A stretch of DNA of 64,000 nt from Antedon mediterranea (Eukaryota > Animalia > Echinodermata): contig NC_092672.1 in the NCBI RefSeq assembly GCF_964355755.1, forward strand, positions 13,144,001 through 13,208,000, written 5' to 3'. Below the pieces are notes generated by a model that ran no database searches, was not told where the DNA came from, and saw only the letters and a program-made list of their open reading frames with translations. Shown here in pieces: positions 1 to 12,000 of the stretch. A program made the position numbers and the translations under genes. Each line of letters starts with the position of its first letter. Position 1 is the stretch's first letter.

Positions 1-53
1 TTAATATAATTAATATAATAATGAATTTAATTCAACACTGTTTTTCCGCATAG

Positions 54-3000
54 CAACTGTTGTTCCTAAGTATCGATCTTTAACTGCAAGCATCGGTGAT
101 GATTTGACAGGCTTAATAATGGTAACCAGCTATGGGACAGGTAGTTACAGGTGGCGACATAATGGCGGAAATGTTATAACCTCATACAATGGTAAAAGTA
201 ACCTTGAATTGACCAATGTTCGTATGGCAGATGCGGGTGTGTATGAGTGTTACTTACATGAAACAGGAAGAGACGGAAGGCATGCCATTATTCAAATAAA
301 TGTTAAAGGTATGCATGACCTGATTGTTTAGAGTGTAGCATTTTAGTGTTCAACTATACTAACTTGTTGAAGGTTTGGTTTAATAAAAAGTTTAAATCTA
401 AAAATGTAATGCAACTTATAAATAAGCGACTAATAATTATGGTATTAATATGTTATGTACGAAAATTACGCAATATCTGGAATATACAATATGAAAATAA
501 CTATAATTAAAACGGAATAAGACAATTTTTAAAATAGCATAAAAACACATTAGGCCTGATACTGATTTTTGTAAAAATCAGCAATTAAGTATTCTGCATG
601 TCAAAAGCGATTTTAAAGAGAAGGGAATCAAATGGAATTAAAGGAAATGATAAAATAGCATGTAGAAGAATAATTTTTCCTGATTTGACCATTTGACCAA
701 TAGGAGAACTTTGAAGCCATGTGATAACTTGTGTAATCAATAAACGATAGACGTTTGATTATAATCTGATAAAGCCTGAATGCCTGAAGAAAGACAGAAC
801 CATAGTTATTATAAGGATTATCTTATATCAAATTTTTCGAATAGGATGTTCGAAAAGGAAGTGGGGAACAGATTGTGATTTAAATTGTCCTGTATGTTAC
901 AACGGTGGAATATGCGATCACATTACCGGCTTATGTATCTGCGCGGCTGGGTTCGAAGGCGTAGATTGTTCAAAAGGTAATGTTTACACACAATGTTTTA
1001 CATTTCATTTTATTGTAAATTTAAACATAAATCCTCCAATTTGATTTCGTGTAAATAACGTCACTGCTGTCTATCTATTGTACAGTTGACATGGTACAGT
1101 TTTGGACCCTAAATAGACAGTAGCTGCATTTGTAGTTTTGTTGGTATGTGTAATTATAGCTGTACTAGCAGGGAAGATTGAGCAATACTTTAATCTTCCC
1201 TGCTACTGTATGGAAGTTAAATATTATGGTTATGTTTACTTTAATATTAGCCTATATGGGAACCGTTATTTGAAAATCGAATTGTTTGGCTTTAATTATA
1301 TACCATCTATTTACTTTCTGTAAATCGGCTTAGAATATTTAGCAAAAGATAAATAACAGTGAGAAAGACCGTATTTATAATTTTGGATGTATTTCTGTAC
1401 AAATTGCATGTTTTATTACTCAACTGAGGCTTTGTATTTCAGGTTGTGAATCGTCGAACTGGGGAAGAGAGTGTTCTATAAATTCTCTAACGGAACACAT
1501 TGGAAAGACGTTTTGCCCTCCACATCCACTCAGTTGCTCTTGTTATGCTGGGTACACTGGACATGTATGTGATCAAGGTAATGAGACGAAATTGCTAGAT
1601 ATCGTTATGTTGATTTGTATCTCAAAAATGTATCATTCAAATTGCTATAGTCCTACTTTTTTTTTTTATAGAAAACTGAGTTCTTTTGCATTGCAAATAA
1701 TAGTGTCGCGCTACCAGATCTTGAATTAAAATGAGATAACAATATTATTATTCGTCTATCAAAGTGTATTAAAAACTTAGGTGTAATGTTTGATAGCTCT
1801 TTAAATATGTCCTCTAAAGTAAATGCTTTATGAAAGTCATTGAATTACCAACTCCGTAAGTGGCACATACTTCAATATATTTCTAAGGATGCAAGCCCCA
1901 ATGCCTGTCCCGCCTTGACTACGTTAACTCGCTCTTGCTTGGTGCCCTCGAAGTTGATCCTAAACGATTACAGCGATTGCAGAACAAGACTGGTCGTTGC
2001 GTGTGGACGGGATCAGCATTCGGGTGTGTTATTAAAAGATCTCCATTGGCTTCATATAAAAAAAAAAGAATTTTGTACAGAATTATTGTTTTTGTTTATA
2101 AATGTATTTACTCTGTTGTTCCTTTGTACCTTTTTGATTTAATTACGTTTAACCGTGATCAGCTTTCATTTAATTACTAATGTCGACTTCACTCCTCCAA
2201 TGATCCCACCCGACTTTTCGTTCCACGATCTAATCGGAAAGCTGGTGACGGTGTTTTTTCTGTCACCGCTGAACAGATCTGGAACACGCTACCTGTCGAT
2301 TTGAGAGGAGCGATTTCGGCACTCTTGTCTTCAGTTAAAATAAATAATAAATATAAATAACTTTTAAATTATGCATAGAATGTATACTGGGAATGTATGG
2401 TCCGGACTGCGCATGTGTGTGTCATTGTCCGACGAATGTGTGCGATAGACACAAAGGTTGTGCCGAGGATTCTGTGTGTCATTTGGGTTATGCAGGAAAG
2501 ACATGTCTAGGTGAGTGCAGCATCAGTCAAACGATCGTTACTTTTCTATCTATTCAAATGTATTTATGATTGTTAATTTCAAAACAATTAAACTTGTTTA
2601 ATATTTTACAAATCAGAACACCTCTCCTGTCCACCTGGTATGTTCGGTGAATTTTGTCAATATACTTGTCACTGTGAGAGTAAAAAAACAGACATCATAG
2701 CAGGCTGTGACAAACATACTGGAGAATGTTTAAATGACGTCAGCTGTTCTAGTGGATGGGGTGGGTCTGATTGTCAAATAGGTAAATTAGTTTATATTCA
2801 ATAAATCGTATATGATATTTTTCTTTGTAGTTCGATCATCAATTAAATAAATAAGCAATGCTCATATGCATACATTTTAATATATTATTTACTCACTAAA
2901 TATTAATAGTATAAATAAATTCGATCTGAATTTCATTTTTTTTTTTATACGATCGTCGTTATGTAACACAATATGCTTTAAAACATTCAGACTTTATCAT

Positions 3001-6000
3001 TATCAGCTTTGCCAATTCTCAAACGTAACCCAACTACAAGTGTTACAGAAAACAGTATAACTATAAGCTGGGAACCATGGAGGAGTAGTATTGACTACGG
3101 AACCGGACCCGTCATAAAATACCAAGTAATTTATCGGACACCACCGAACTCTGGATTTCCATTTATAGTATGGCGGGAAGTAAATGTGGACGATTTAATG
3201 CGAGTGGACATTGATGATTTAGAACCAAGAACTAACTATGAAATAAGAATTATTTTACATAGGCAGATTGATGGAGAGAATTATACATCAATTGGTTCAA
3301 GTAAAATAGTTGTTACCTCAGGAGAAGGTAAGAAAGATATACTAACTCATTTGCAAGATATATTTTATTACCGTTTTTATACAAGTGATATTACTACGGA
3401 GAGTAACATATTTTGGTTATTTTCAGACAAAATCATGGATTTTACATTTTATTGTGCCACACCACGAGTTGACGTTGATGATAATACGATGTCTACCTTT
3501 ATTGGCGGATATAGTGGCAGTGATCATCAAACAAGTGATATACAAATCGGAAAAATTGTAACTGAAATTGGAGAAGATTTTCTCGGTCGTGAAATAACAT
3601 GGAACGATGGATCCAGGGTAGGAGTGATATTGGGCAATGAAACCATGTTTCCAGTTGGAACTCGTGTCCAAATCGCAACTCCGAAACACTTCAATGCCTT
3701 ACGTGTGTATATTGACTCTGCCAGTGGCGTTAATAAACTGGGAGTATTTTACGCAAAAGCTAATAAATTACAAATGTGTAGTTATATATCTAGCGAAATT
3801 GTGTTAATCGTCTTAAGTAAACATGGTAAGTTTTTGAAAAATCTTTCCACGGTAATGGAATTGAATGATTATGACGTTGGTGGGACACAAGGTGCACATT
3901 AGCGACCATACTATAATTATTTACATATTGTATATAATGATAGGCATATATGAAAGAATGCAAAAGACCCAATGTGTTTTAATGTTTATCTATAGACCGA
4001 CCATTTATTACCATCAATATACCATTGAAAAAAAAGTGTATCCAGTCAAAGCAGTCATCAATTCAATTTTGGTCTTCATCAAATACAGCATGTTGAAGTT
4101 GTAATAATATAATTTAGAATTATAATTATTATTAATAGTTTCTAATACGGAATTTTATAAAATGTGGTTATTGTTTATATTTTACTTTGTTCAGTCATTG
4201 GTTAATGTTAATTATAATGTTGTAGCATCAGTAATGTCTGTTAGAAAAACCTGGACAACCGGTACAGGAGAACGTGTAATGATGAACATGGTTGGTGACA
4301 ACTCGACAGATAAATGGTGGCGCCACAATGGCATTACTTTAAACGAATGGAACAACAGTCTTTTTATCAAAATTGATGTAGTAAGAAAACAAGATGCTGG
4401 AATATACGAATGCTTACCTACAGAAAATTGGGAGAATGGGAATAAAGGAATTACAAATCTAATTGTCAGAGGTAAAACAATTGTTTACTTTCAATGTTCA
4501 AATGCTAACAGACTTGTAATAAACAATCGATTATTACTTCAAATAAGTGAAATTTTATTTTCAGAGTGTCCTCTTCGTAAATGGGGACCACCTGATTGTT
4601 TACGGAACTGTCCAACTTGTTACAATGGTGGAGCTTGTGATGACGTAACAGGAGCATGTGTCTGTACCGTCGGGTTTCGTGGTATCAATTGTGAAATAGG
4701 TGTGTGAAGTGTTCCTCATTTGTTCATAGCCTATTAGTGTAGACCACTATGTAATTTCGTGTCATTTTTTTGTTAAAAGCAAAATTCCAGCTGATTTAGC
4801 GTTTTTGGGATTTAAAGTAAAATATATAAAAATTATTATTATATTCATCAGTATCTTTAGGATGTAAAGTAATAAAAAAAACATGTTGCAATTTTTTTTT
4901 AAAAAGCTTAAGGTTGTCAAATCCAAGATGGCCGCCAATACGTAAGATATCCAATAAATGTACCATTTTGGACAAAGTAACACCCATTATGAATAATATT
5001 TAGTTACAATTAATGACATATGGGTTTTCTGCTATATAACAATTATTATAAACCTATATTCATCAGTATATCATTTTTTTAAATCGATTACATTTCTTAT
5101 TAAAACGTGACCATGGCCCTGAAGGTTCAGACATTGAATTACCTGGCAATAACGGATTTATTATTTAACACCATATTTTTACAGGATTTCACAATCTATA
5201 TTATAAGTGAGAGAGTTTGTACGTCTGTTTTTTCGTTATGCAAATTTTTGCTACTGCACATAGGCCTAATCTTGCATATTGGGTATCAAAATGACCAGAA
5301 TTGTACCGGGAAAGTTCTAAACTACATTTTAAAGATATATTGTCCCCAAAAACATGAAAAATGAAGATTAGTTAAATCAGACTTTGAATATGTGTGTTTA
5401 GTTTTGTAGTGTTAATAAAGTTAATCACTTCCATAAAAAAAACACAACAAAATATTTTTTCACTTGTAAAATGACAAAGAAAATGGTTAATTCAACCAAA
5501 AATTCATTGGCTGGCAGCAATTTTGACAATTGGCTGGCAGCCAATTTGACAATGTTTGCTTTAAATTACATTTTTTCGGGTAAATACATTTTTTTCCGAT
5601 CCGATTTTTGGTCGAAGTCGATAACTATTATGTTACATTAAAATAGAATATTCAACAAAAATGTTGTTAAGAATTATTTTTTCACGGGGACAATACATCT
5701 TTAACATCATCAGCCATCTAGGATCAAAGTTAAGCTTGGTTTCCACTAGGTCGCAAGGCAAGGACGTAGACGCAACGCAAACCAGTTGACCAATGACAAG
5801 CGACCATCGCTTGTGATTGGTTAAATCCCTTACGTTGCGTTACGTCGTTGTGTTGCGTCTCTAGTGGGAACCAGGCATTAGGGGTCAAAATGTGGTCAAA
5901 ATGGCCCACTTTTCCTCACTTTCAATGTTTGTTCTATTTCAGCACGTAACCATACATATGGTGTATCAAAATGCCCGCAATTGTACCGGGAATTTAATTT

Positions 6001-9000
6001 TGCTTAGACCAGAACTGTGTGGTAGGAAATTGTTATGAAGTATTTTAATTAGCCCTGGCGTAATGAAGTATAACGTGATTGAAATTGTACTAGGGAAAGT
6101 TACTACATTTCAATTGCCATGGAAAGAGTTAGGTTTGTTATTGTGGCTAGAATGGTGATAGGAGAAAGGTGGATGCCGCTCCAAAATTTCAGGTCAAAGG
6201 TCATTTTCAAGGTTATAAGGTCAAATATGGTAAAATAGAAGTTTCAGTTGTTTTCAACAACGTATAAGCTAATTAAAAGAAATGTAACCATTATTGGATC
6301 ATTATTGACATATTGCTGTAGATGGTCAAGTTCATCAATTTTTCAACTTACAAGTTTAAAGTCATTTTCAAGGTCATAAGGTCAGATAGAGCACAGGCCT
6401 GTTAATTATCGGTATTAATAATTGAAATAAATATAATTTTCATTGGGCTGATGGTTATAGTGTGGTGTCAAAAAGACCAGAATTGTACTGGGAAGATTTA
6501 AACTTTTTGAGTCACTCCTGGAAGATGTTCAATGGATGGGGAGGATGAGTCCTACAGTATCAAAATAGGCCGAACCTAAATTGGAGTCCTACTGGAATGT
6601 CTTAAATTTTATTTTAAAACGGTCACAGGGGGTTTGAGGGTTCGGAGTAATGGGCAGCATGGGCCCATGCCAATATTCGAACTTTTTCTGGGATGGAAGA
6701 AGGTAAACGCTCTGAGGTGGGTATTTCTTCCAGCACTAATATATAATGGCCATCTGGGTTACGGCAAACGATTGAATTACAACCACACATGCATGCTTTC
6801 GGTCACAACTTCATCTGACTCTTTAGTTTACAGAATACATACACATGTAACAAGTTCCAAACTGACAACTCGGTCAGGGGCTTCCAAACGACCCCATTCA
6901 TTTAGGCCACATACTGATCTCTGCCTGATAGTTGGCTCGTATGTTTAGTTTCTGATGTCTGTATTTACCTTAGGTGAGTTTTTGAAATTTTAAGTATTTC
7001 CCTAAAAGTGGAAATACAGTACTTAAATATTTATTGAGTAAAGTGAAATACTTAATATTTAAGGTTAAATTTATATCACTAATGTTAATGATATATGGTC
7101 ACTGAATCTAGATGGAGGTAGCATTTTAAGACCCTCCAAAGAGTAGTCTTTTATTATACAGTTATCTGCTCAAGCCGATGAGTGTGGCCTAAAACACATA
7201 CGGAAGTACAGATTAGTACATTGAGACTATCCTTTCAATCGTGTCACTGCTTTTATCCACCCCTTTTCAATGTAATGATCAAATACAACAAAATGACGAA
7301 ATATCCAGGTAACTTGCATAAATACTTGCATAGTCACCAAATGTTTTAAGGCCATGTTTACTGAATCCTATAGTGCATGACCATCATGTTTTTAACTTTT
7401 CTTCTGGAACATCTGTGGGTATTTCAACGCCATCCATCAAGGTATGTGAAGTCATAATTATTTGGTTAAAGATATAAAAATTGGGCTATGATCATACTCC
7501 AATGGTTGATCAGCAGATTTTCTGTCAGTTTTTTTGTTTTTATATACTTTATCGAAACAGTTGCCTTATAGAAATCCGATGCTTTCTCAGTGGTTTTTTT
7601 TTCTTTCAATAAGTTGTTAATTTAAATATAAGATCTTCTTTATCATCTGTCAGGTCGAAAGAATATTGTGTATTATGTGTGATTCGTGATCAGTCTGACC
7701 ATGTCATGCAGAATCAATATTTGGTACTTGGTTCTGATTAGTTTAGATAGGTAAACTTGTTTATCCTTTTAACCTCATTCTACAACAAATTTAATCGGTT
7801 TTTAAATGTGTTAGTGGTTTCAGAAATGACGACTTCGGTTGGCAAACTATTCGAATATATGATTACTCATTGTGAAAAACTGGATCTCCATCAGTCCTTT
7901 GTGAAATTTATTTCAGCTTAGATTGCATCTCATTTGAAGGAAGTCTTCCTTGGCTACACCTTCGAAACCTTTTGAAAAATTTCAATCAAGTCACAACGAA
8001 TTCGTCTGTCATACAGGGTTGTTAGGTCAAGAAACTTTAAACGATTTTCATATGAATAAGAATGGATAGCTGGAATTTGATTTGTCGCATGACATTGTCC
8101 TCTTTCAAGTGCGTTTATGTCTTTTTGGAGAATGGATTCCATACCTGGACACAGTACGTAACGTAATGTTTGTAAATAACGTTAAAACCGTATCCATGTA
8201 TATAAAGGACCTCTTAATTACTTAAGGAGTTTTATATCTGTTATCACCGTCAGCCAAGATAGCATAGATGCGAAGGCCTCAAGAAGGAGAACCCATTTAC
8301 CACTCCTTCCAACCTTGATAAAGTCCAATAGTTAGGGTTTGTGAAAACAAAGAATCGATACCCAGGATCCTTTTTCGAGATTTCTGGAAACAACAAATTT
8401 CAACAAAAACTTGTATCATTGAAAGAATGAAAAAAATGTTTATATAATTACATTACAGGGGGTCTCTGACCCCAACAAACACATCTCGACATTAGGTAAT
8501 ATAGGGGGTCCCTGTTTTCGAATTAAAAAAAAAAATTTCTAAATATTATTACATTATTAATATTAATAATATTATAGTAAAAAAACAATCTTTTGGCACA
8601 TATGGCGTTTCATACATATAACACCGACAAAAATCAAAATGATGACTGGTGGACAACACAAAAAAGAAAACAGACTGGTGACAGCCTATTAACAAGGCCA
8701 TATAGATGGCTGCAGTCGCGTGCTCATTAGTGTTTACCGACCGACCAACCGACCGAACAACCTACCAACTGACCGAAATTGCTGAACATGTTTAAAAATG
8801 TTGAAATGTTCAAAAACATTTATATTTTTTTAATCTACACGTGCGTAGCCTGTCACTTTTGACGTGTTCGTATAACGTAATTTCAAGTTGAAAAGTAAGT
8901 CAAGAAAACAGAAATCGGGCAAAAAGAGTGCGTAATAACATTTAACCAACCGACCAACCGACCGACATAGTGAGGTGTAGAGTCGCGTTGCACGCGACTA

Positions 9001-12000
9001 AAAGATGTGTGTACTTTACAGAAGTATGTAAAAACAACATTTTGAGAAAATGACACTTTTATATTTAATTTCTAATGTATTTATGTGTAAAATAAAATGT
9101 TTATCTCATAATTACTATAATATAAAGTTTTAAATCAGTTTTTTGGATAGATCTGACGATGTAGATGATTTTCCGTGAATAAAAAAAAATCCTATATTTT
9201 GACCTTTTTTGACCTCTTGACCAGATAAACTGACCATAAAACCCAAAACTGAAGATGGCATCCACCTCTATCGTTTTTTCACCCCACAAAGGATACATTC
9301 AACATGGTTGCCTGCTATTAACAAAAAATTCCACACAAACTTTTTATAGAGGACTTTTGTGTATATGGCCTCTCTACTATCAGGTTGAATTGAAATTTGT
9401 CCTGTGAAGAATTTGTTTTTAAAAAAGAGTGTGGGATCTTATTGAAGAGGGGTGGTATAGGGAGACACTGGGGTCTGTGAAGGCTTTAAACTAATCTAGA
9501 AACCCGCCCTGGGGCGGATATAATTGCTAGTAAGGTATAAATACACTTGTTTTATATTGTGGTAAATACAAGTTTCACTTTTATGGAAAGAAATGAGATC
9601 TATAATTTAGATTTAGAAGTAATTGTTGCTGAATATTTGATACCAACGTAAGTTGTTCCATACTTTTTGCAACTCCAACTTTGAACGATTAGGTAATTAG
9701 TAGGGGTATTATATATCTATTATATAGACAACTTTAGACAGCCTTATATTTAGACAATCCTATGATAAGTGACTATTTTAGAACATTGTGTACAAACAAC
9801 AACCATTATTTAAAGAATTTAATTTTAGTGGCGGCCATTTTGAAATCCAAGATGGTCGACAGATTATCGCTTTACATAGTTATGATTGTATAATGTGTAA
9901 CACCATCAAAACGGACTTGTTCCACATTCATAATTTGTGTTATTGGTGATATTCTAGTTTTAAATAGGGTTATTTAAATGTTGGCGGCCATCTTGAATTT
10001 GGTCCTTAAATTTCTTTATAAAAAATGGCAACACATTTTTTTCCATTCCTTATATTATCAAGATATGAAATCAAAGTCAAAGTTTGCTTTTAACAAAAAT
10101 ATACACGACATTCATATAAACGACATACCAGCCTACACTATATGTGCAATTGTATACCGTATAACATATATTTAATGTAACAGAGAAACAAAATATGAAC
10201 ACATATCAAGCCAAGTTTCCAATAATCAAAGTTTGGTATTTAAGACCTGGAAAGACATAATTCATCTGATACTTCAACGAGTTTTATCTAATACATGTTT
10301 TCAGATTTAATTCAAACATGCTCAATAATAATTTCGACACTAAAACAAATTGTTGCACATTAACTGTCGCATGATTTCATCAATTCAAAGCACAGTTCTT
10401 GATCATTTGTGTACATGCCTAAGTAGAACTTACGTTCTGTACATCCTAGGTCTACATTTAAATAATTACTAACAATAATTCATAAGTATCTACCTTATTA
10501 TAGGCAAACCTTGTACGGTACAATATTACGTAATACGATTTCGTAATTTCAAGAAAACCATATCCTGAAGTATCATTTTTATAAATACATCATGAGATAG
10601 TTTTCCTTCTTTCCTAAAGGTGACTACTACTGTACAAAAAACAGTAACAATAAACTTATCAAGAGGGTATAACATATATAAGATAACAAGTATCAGTAGT
10701 AGTAACATATTATGAAATAACTACTTTTTCATTACTTTTATTCGAAATATAGCATGTGGTTCGGATACGTTTGGAAGATATTGCAGTATAATTTGTTCAA
10801 GTAAAGATATCGAATCGTGTATGAGAAAGGTGATGTGTCCGCCGTCACCACAGGGATGTTCGTGCACCGATGGATATACTGGTCCAGACTGTCTTGACGG
10901 TACGATACATCTAATATTTATTTTTACATAATATCAATTTTATTCAGTGCTTGGTTTCTGAGTAACGGGACCCCAGCTCCATATACAGCACCCGCTATTC
11001 CCAGATGGTCTACCATCCAAGCTCTAACCAGGCCCAACGTTGCTTAACTTCGGTGATCTGACGAGAACCGGTGTTTCAACGTGGTAAAGCCGTATTACGT
11101 TTAATATGCTTCCATTGCATGCGCAACTAATTATTGTGAGATTCTGAAAGCGTTAGTGGTTATTTAGTGTGTCTGTCAAAAAGAGTACCGTACCAAAAAC
11201 AATCTTTAAATTTGTATAATGATTACAAATAGTATATTAAAGATGTATTGTCCCCCTGAACAAAAATTTTTTTTTTTTTAAAGGCCATTTTAATGATACA
11301 TAAAAGTTATTCACTTTGAAAAAAAATTGGATCAAAAAAAAAATTATTTACCTTAGAAAATCGTAATTTAAAGTAAAAGATAGTCAACCGGAAGTCGGTT
11401 GGCTGGCAGCCAGCTGGCTTCCGGTTTAATTTAACCCTTGACCTGAATTAGCTTATGAATTATGCATATTGTATGATTCTTGTGCGTGTATGTGACCTCT
11501 AGGTCATCAGAAAAAAAATACGACGTGATATGGCGAGACGACGATGTGGGAAAGTTCTGTAGTTTAACAACAAAAAAAACAACTCCTACTTGAAGAAAAG
11601 ACTATGGCTAGGCCCTAGCAGATTGGTAAGTAAGAACTGTAGTTTCTATGGTGTAGCTTTGTTAGTTAGTATAGGCCTAGGAAGCCTAGCTAGCCCATTA
11701 CAGCTGTACTGGCTATCTAGTGTACTATCCCCTATCTATTGGCTAGGCCTAGAGTAGTAGCTAGTCTAGTAGGGGTAGTAGTACTAGGCCTAGTTGTAGG
11801 CCTGAGTGAGGGTTCACCCTGAGTGAGTAGCAGGCCTAGCTAATACTAATAGATACAACTTGTAAGCCTTATTAATAGTTATTGCCAACCTAGCTTTAAA
11901 TAGGATTAGGCCTATAACATTCATCTGTGAGCATGGAGTAAGGAATAAGGTTTTAGCATGGAGGTATAAAAATAAAATATTTTATACCTCCATGGTTTTA

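Larger units (their letters stand above)
5195..9530 (+). mobile_element. Probable non-autonomous Helitron nested in the Academ-like element
   Basis: Starts a|TCTATATTATA and ends with the hairpin CCGCCCTGGGGCGG followed by CTAG|t. An internal motif gtatcaaaatgaccagaattgtaccgggaa recurs (~5283, 5963, 6466). Pairing of the two ends is inferred. Confidence 0.5.
4735..10140. mobile_element. Academ-like non-autonomous DNA transposon carrying nested elements (copy 1 intron 11)
   Basis: Ends are TAGTGTAGAC...GCCTACACTA (inverted), flanked by a 3-bp TAT duplication. The empty site is present in copy 3 (~51120). Subterminal AAATCCAAGATGGCCGCC motifs occur near both ends. TAG termini with a 3-4 bp TSD are characteristic of Academ. 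Confidence 0.65.

Noticed and set aside
10983-11096. Functional 5S rRNA gene
   Set aside because: It is solitary, substituted, has no T-run terminator and is absent from the sister copies; treated as a pseudogene or SINE head.
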